The translations under genes were made by a program, and so were the position numbers. Of a DNA stretch of 64,000 bases, positions 61,231-64,000 are shown in pieces. Position 1 is the stretch's first letter, and each line of letters opens with the position of its first letter. The notes under the pieces were generated by a model. That model ran no database searches. It was not told where the DNA came from and saw only the letters and a program-made list of their open reading frames with translations. The DNA lies in the sequence record NC_070882.1. One strand, 5' to 3'.

Positions 61231-61680
61231 ATGTCAATATTTTACCGTTACGCTAGTCAACCTAAAACAGAAATTGTTTGGTGGAATCCCATTAGTTGGA
61301 TTAAACGTGGTTGGCAAGAACTCACCACAGCTAATGCATCTGATGGACACACGTTCTTTACAGCGTTATATTTCTGTTCTCTCCTTCTGTCAATGTGGTT
61401 GATCCATATTCTATTCGTGGGTTGGTTCCGTTGTCTGTTTATACCTCGGTGTTGGATTGGTCGAGTTGATCAGCTGAAGGAAGGTTACATTGATGATTGG
61501 GGCACTTACACGAAAGAGGCTAGAGAATGTATTCTAGCTAATTCTGATAGCCCTCACGCAATTGTAAAAATCGTTGAACGAGTTAATCCAATCTTCATGG
61601 CAGATGAAGGTTTCTGTAGTATATACTCACCTAACTACAAATGGAAACGAAACTGGTGTGAACTTTTTTCTCGGAATTAG
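61231..61680 (+). CDS. Membrane-associated hypothetical protein
   Basis: GAGGG RBS; hydrophobic stretch FFTALYFCSLLLSMWLIHILFVGWF. Confidence 0.6.
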   Translation: MSIFYRYASQPKTEIVWWNPISWIKRGWQELTTANASDGHTFFTALYFCSLLLSMWLIHILFVGWFRCLFIPRCWIGRVDQLKEGYIDDWGTYTKEARECILANSDSPHAIVKIVERVNPIFMADEGFCSIYSPNYKWKRNWCELFSRN

Positions 61681-61732
61681 AAAATACCGAGTTAACTGAT
61701 AATGTGTTATTAACTATAAACAGGAAACGAAA

Positions 61733-62290
61733 ATGTCTCAAGAAATCGATTTGACTGTATCTCCGCTGGAACCTCGTAAAGAGACTCCCCTACAACCGAC
61801 TGACGTTTTTGACATCGTCCGTAAGTGTGGTCTTACTGAAGACTTTAAACGTCTCTGCTATGAAGATGCCACTCCAGAAGAACTCGATTTTAATCCTGAC
61901 GTAGTTACTGTCTACCGTCATGATCTCGGATTGAAATTCCTTCGTGGTAAAAATCTGCCGACTACGCTGGAAGATCTGAAGGATCGAACTGAAGTTCTGT
62001 TTGAAACCATGACTGCTGGTAAGATTGACTATAAAGCCGGTGAAATGATTGTTCTTTTCCCTCGCCCTGTTTATAGTGGTAGCGATCTTAAAAATAACAT
62101 GGTCATTGCCATTGTTAAAGAAGACTTTAAGTTCGAATCGGACGTAGATCTTAACTGTGGTGGCGAAGAGAATTTCGAAATTGCGATGCGCCCCTATGTA
62201 GAAGGTGGACAACTGGAACTGGTTACTAATCCTGGTCTTCGTGTGTATAGCGCGTATGAACGTTGGACTTTCCTGGAACGGTTTAAATGA
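61733..62290 (+). CDS. Hypothetical protein
   Basis: 185 aa, AGGA RBS. Confidence 0.7.
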   Translation: MSQEIDLTVSPLEPRKETPLQPTDVFDIVRKCGLTEDFKRLCYEDATPEELDFNPDVVTVYRHDLGLKFLRGKNLPTTLEDLKDRTEVLFETMTAGKIDYKAGEMIVLFPRPVYSGSDLKNNMVIAIVKEDFKFESDVDLNCGGEENFEIAMRPYVEGGQLELVTNPGLRVYSAYERWTFLERFK

Positions 62291-62856
62291 AAATTCTTGA
62301 ACAACTGACACAAAAAGGTCTGCTTGACGAATTCATTTCTGAATTTTGTACGACCTCTGCTCTCGGTCCACAAGTTATTTCAGATCGTCTTCCCGATGCC
62401 AAGAAATGGTTGGAAAGTCATTCTATCACATTTGAGTCGAAGGGGAACATCGAAAGAACCCCTCGGCTCATTGCAGAAGCTGATTTCCGTATTGATCAAT
62501 GGATGCGTGTTGTAAACAATAAGCTGGACTATCTTGAGACAGCTTATGATAAAGCAATTGAACAAGGGGTTAGTCTAAATAACAGCTTCTTCAATTACGA
62601 TATCAGTGTCCTGTATACTCTTGATAAAAAGCGTCTAGATGCTTACCCAATAACTGTCGCTCGGGTTAGAGCCTTTGCAGAGAAGATCGGTGCGCAACCT
62701 TATCGTCTTCTTAATGGCGATATTAATACGAGGATAGCTTATGAGGAAGAATACTACGCTGCGTACGTCAAGGAACCATATAAGGCGATCATGGGAAACC
62801 CCGACTACTACAAGGAAACCATCGAAGCCGCGAATGAATGCTACGGACGTCCGTGA
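62287..62856 (+). CDS. Hypothetical protein
   Basis: 189 aa, ATGA overlap. Confidence 0.65.
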   Translation: MKILEQLTQKGLLDEFISEFCTTSALGPQVISDRLPDAKKWLESHSITFESKGNIERTPRLIAEADFRIDQWMRVVNNKLDYLETAYDKAIEQGVSLNNSFFNYDISVLYTLDKKRLDAYPITVARVRAFAEKIGAQPYRLLNGDINTRIAYEEEYYAAYVKEPYKAIMGNPDYYKETIEAANECYGRP

Positions 62857-63112
62857 TATTTATCGCGACATCGAATCGTTAGTTCCTGTCCCACCTCCAT
62901 TGAAAGAACCAATTCCAGTGAGTGTCGATCCAGTCTATTCGACGATAAACATAGATTGGAATGAGAAGAAATCTGGTGTCAAGTTTGTACCCAGAGAACG
63001 ATTCAATCTGTTTGACGGTATATCGCCGTGGACATGGTTCTGCATCGCCTTTCTCTCTGGATGTTGGATTGGTATCGAAATCATTAGCGCTTACTTAACG
63101 AGGTCATTATGA
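62834..63112 (+). CDS. Small protein with C-terminal TM segment
   Basis: Probable start MNATDV; C-terminal WTWFCIAFLSGCWIGIEII. Confidence 0.5.
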   Translation: MNATDVRDIYRDIESLVPVPPPLKEPIPVSVDPVYSTINIDWNEKKSGVKFVPRERFNLFDGISPWTWFCIAFLSGCWIGIEIISAYLTRSL

Positions 63113-63420
63113 GTCTGCTCCTTTCTGCTTGTCAACGACTGCATGCTATCGCCACTGTTGGTTTCCCCAACTATCTAAAAGATCGAGCTACTTTTGTTGG
63201 AGATAAGGAGTATATTCTCCAGGTAATTGCACATTTCGAAAAGTATCACTGGACCGAACAGTTGAGTGAAGCTATCAATGATTATGTACGCAGTCGTAAG
63301 AAAGCGCGTACATGGACAGTCACCGTTGTACCTTCGATTCTTCAACCTGGTACAGCTCTGTTTAAGTTCAAAGGTGACGATGGTAGTACTCTTTCTATTC
63401 GCATTAGGAAAGCTCTATGA
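63109..63420 (+). CDS. Hypothetical protein
   Basis: 103 aa, GAGG RBS, ATGA overlap; hairpin at 63481-63500 downstream. Confidence 0.6.
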   Translation: MSLLLSACQRLHAIATVGFPNYLKDRATFVGDKEYILQVIAHFEKYHWTEQLSEAINDYVRSRKKARTWTVTVVPSILQPGTALFKFKGDDGSTLSIRIRKAL

Positions 63421-63522
63421 GAGACGATTATGAAGGTTTCTGATTCTTGGGAAGACTACATCTTCTCTTAACGTCATATAAGCCCGGCGTTAGCTGGGCT
63501 TTATATCGATTAGGGTATTCCG

Positions 63523-63990
63523 ATGTCAGCAAAAAATAAAATCAACATAGATCTATACGAAGTGTATCTCCGCTTCATTTATTTGAATCAGGCGATAAAA
63601 CTTCCACGTACTGAATTCGAGCAATTCAAAAAAGAGTTTGTCAGAAAGGTACGCTATTTTTATAAAAACGTAACCAGAGCTCCTCTCATCTGGAACAATA
63701 GTCATTATCTCGTTCAACTTTACAGAGTAATGGTTGAAGAAGATAAAGAAGCTATTCAAAAAGAAATTCAAACCGAACTCGATTGGCTGTTCGATATTTG
63801 TCGTATTTGGATCGACTCTCCTAATTGGAATGGAGTCGGTGTAGATGAGTATGTTTACCGAACAGATCTATTCCATATCGAATCTTATTACAGATGGGTT
63901 TGGAATAGAAGGGCAGAAATTGTTTATCCTCCCTTCTCAGAAATCAAAGAAATCTACATCGCCATCGAAAAAGAACTTGAAGGAAAATAA
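63523..63990 (+). CDS. Hypothetical protein
   Basis: 155 aa ORF after a hairpin; the next gene starts at about 63991. Confidence 0.6.
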   Translation: MSAKNKINIDLYEVYLRFIYLNQAIKLPRTEFEQFKKEFVRKVRYFYKNVTRAPLIWNNSHYLVQLYRVMVEEDKEAIQKEIQTELDWLFDICRIWIDSPNWNGVGVDEYVYRTDLFHIESYYRWVWNRRAEIVYPPFSEIKEIYIAIEKELEGK

Positions 63991-64000
63991 AATGCAATCC

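Overview
64 kb of a phiKZ-like (Chimalliviridae-type, nucleus-forming) jumbo phage genome, about 43% GC by eye, probably infecting Pseudomonas. The host and family calls rest on remembered phiKZ-like gene order and similarity. Left part: split virion RNA polymerase subunits (gp178-like, partial; gp180-like with DFDGD), the giant tail lytic transglycosylase (gp181-like), a gp182-like structural protein and a Tad1-like immune-signal sponge. A minus-strand block (19.3-30.1 kb) encodes a modular tail-fibre-like protein, an intein-containing SNF2 helicase and four paralogous virion proteins. The right part is a long accessory region: Tmk, Dcd, ThyA, NAD-dependent DNA ligase, QueC-like, SLOG, macrodomain, SspB-like ClpXP adaptor, RlaP-like nucleotidyltransferase, intein-containing RtcB, a Prs+Nampt pair (NARP1-like), an RNA ligase and many small hypotheticals. 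It is punctuated by a family of GC hairpins and by phage promoter motifs. Most striking is a non-coding unit at about 26011-26192 with its own candidate promoter and terminator. It carries two arms complementary, in the right order, to the 3' end of bacterial 16S rRNA (about nt 1524-1542 and 1493-1514), bracketing the helix-45 loop. No tRNA or CRISPR array was seen. All family assignments come from motif recognition, not database searches.
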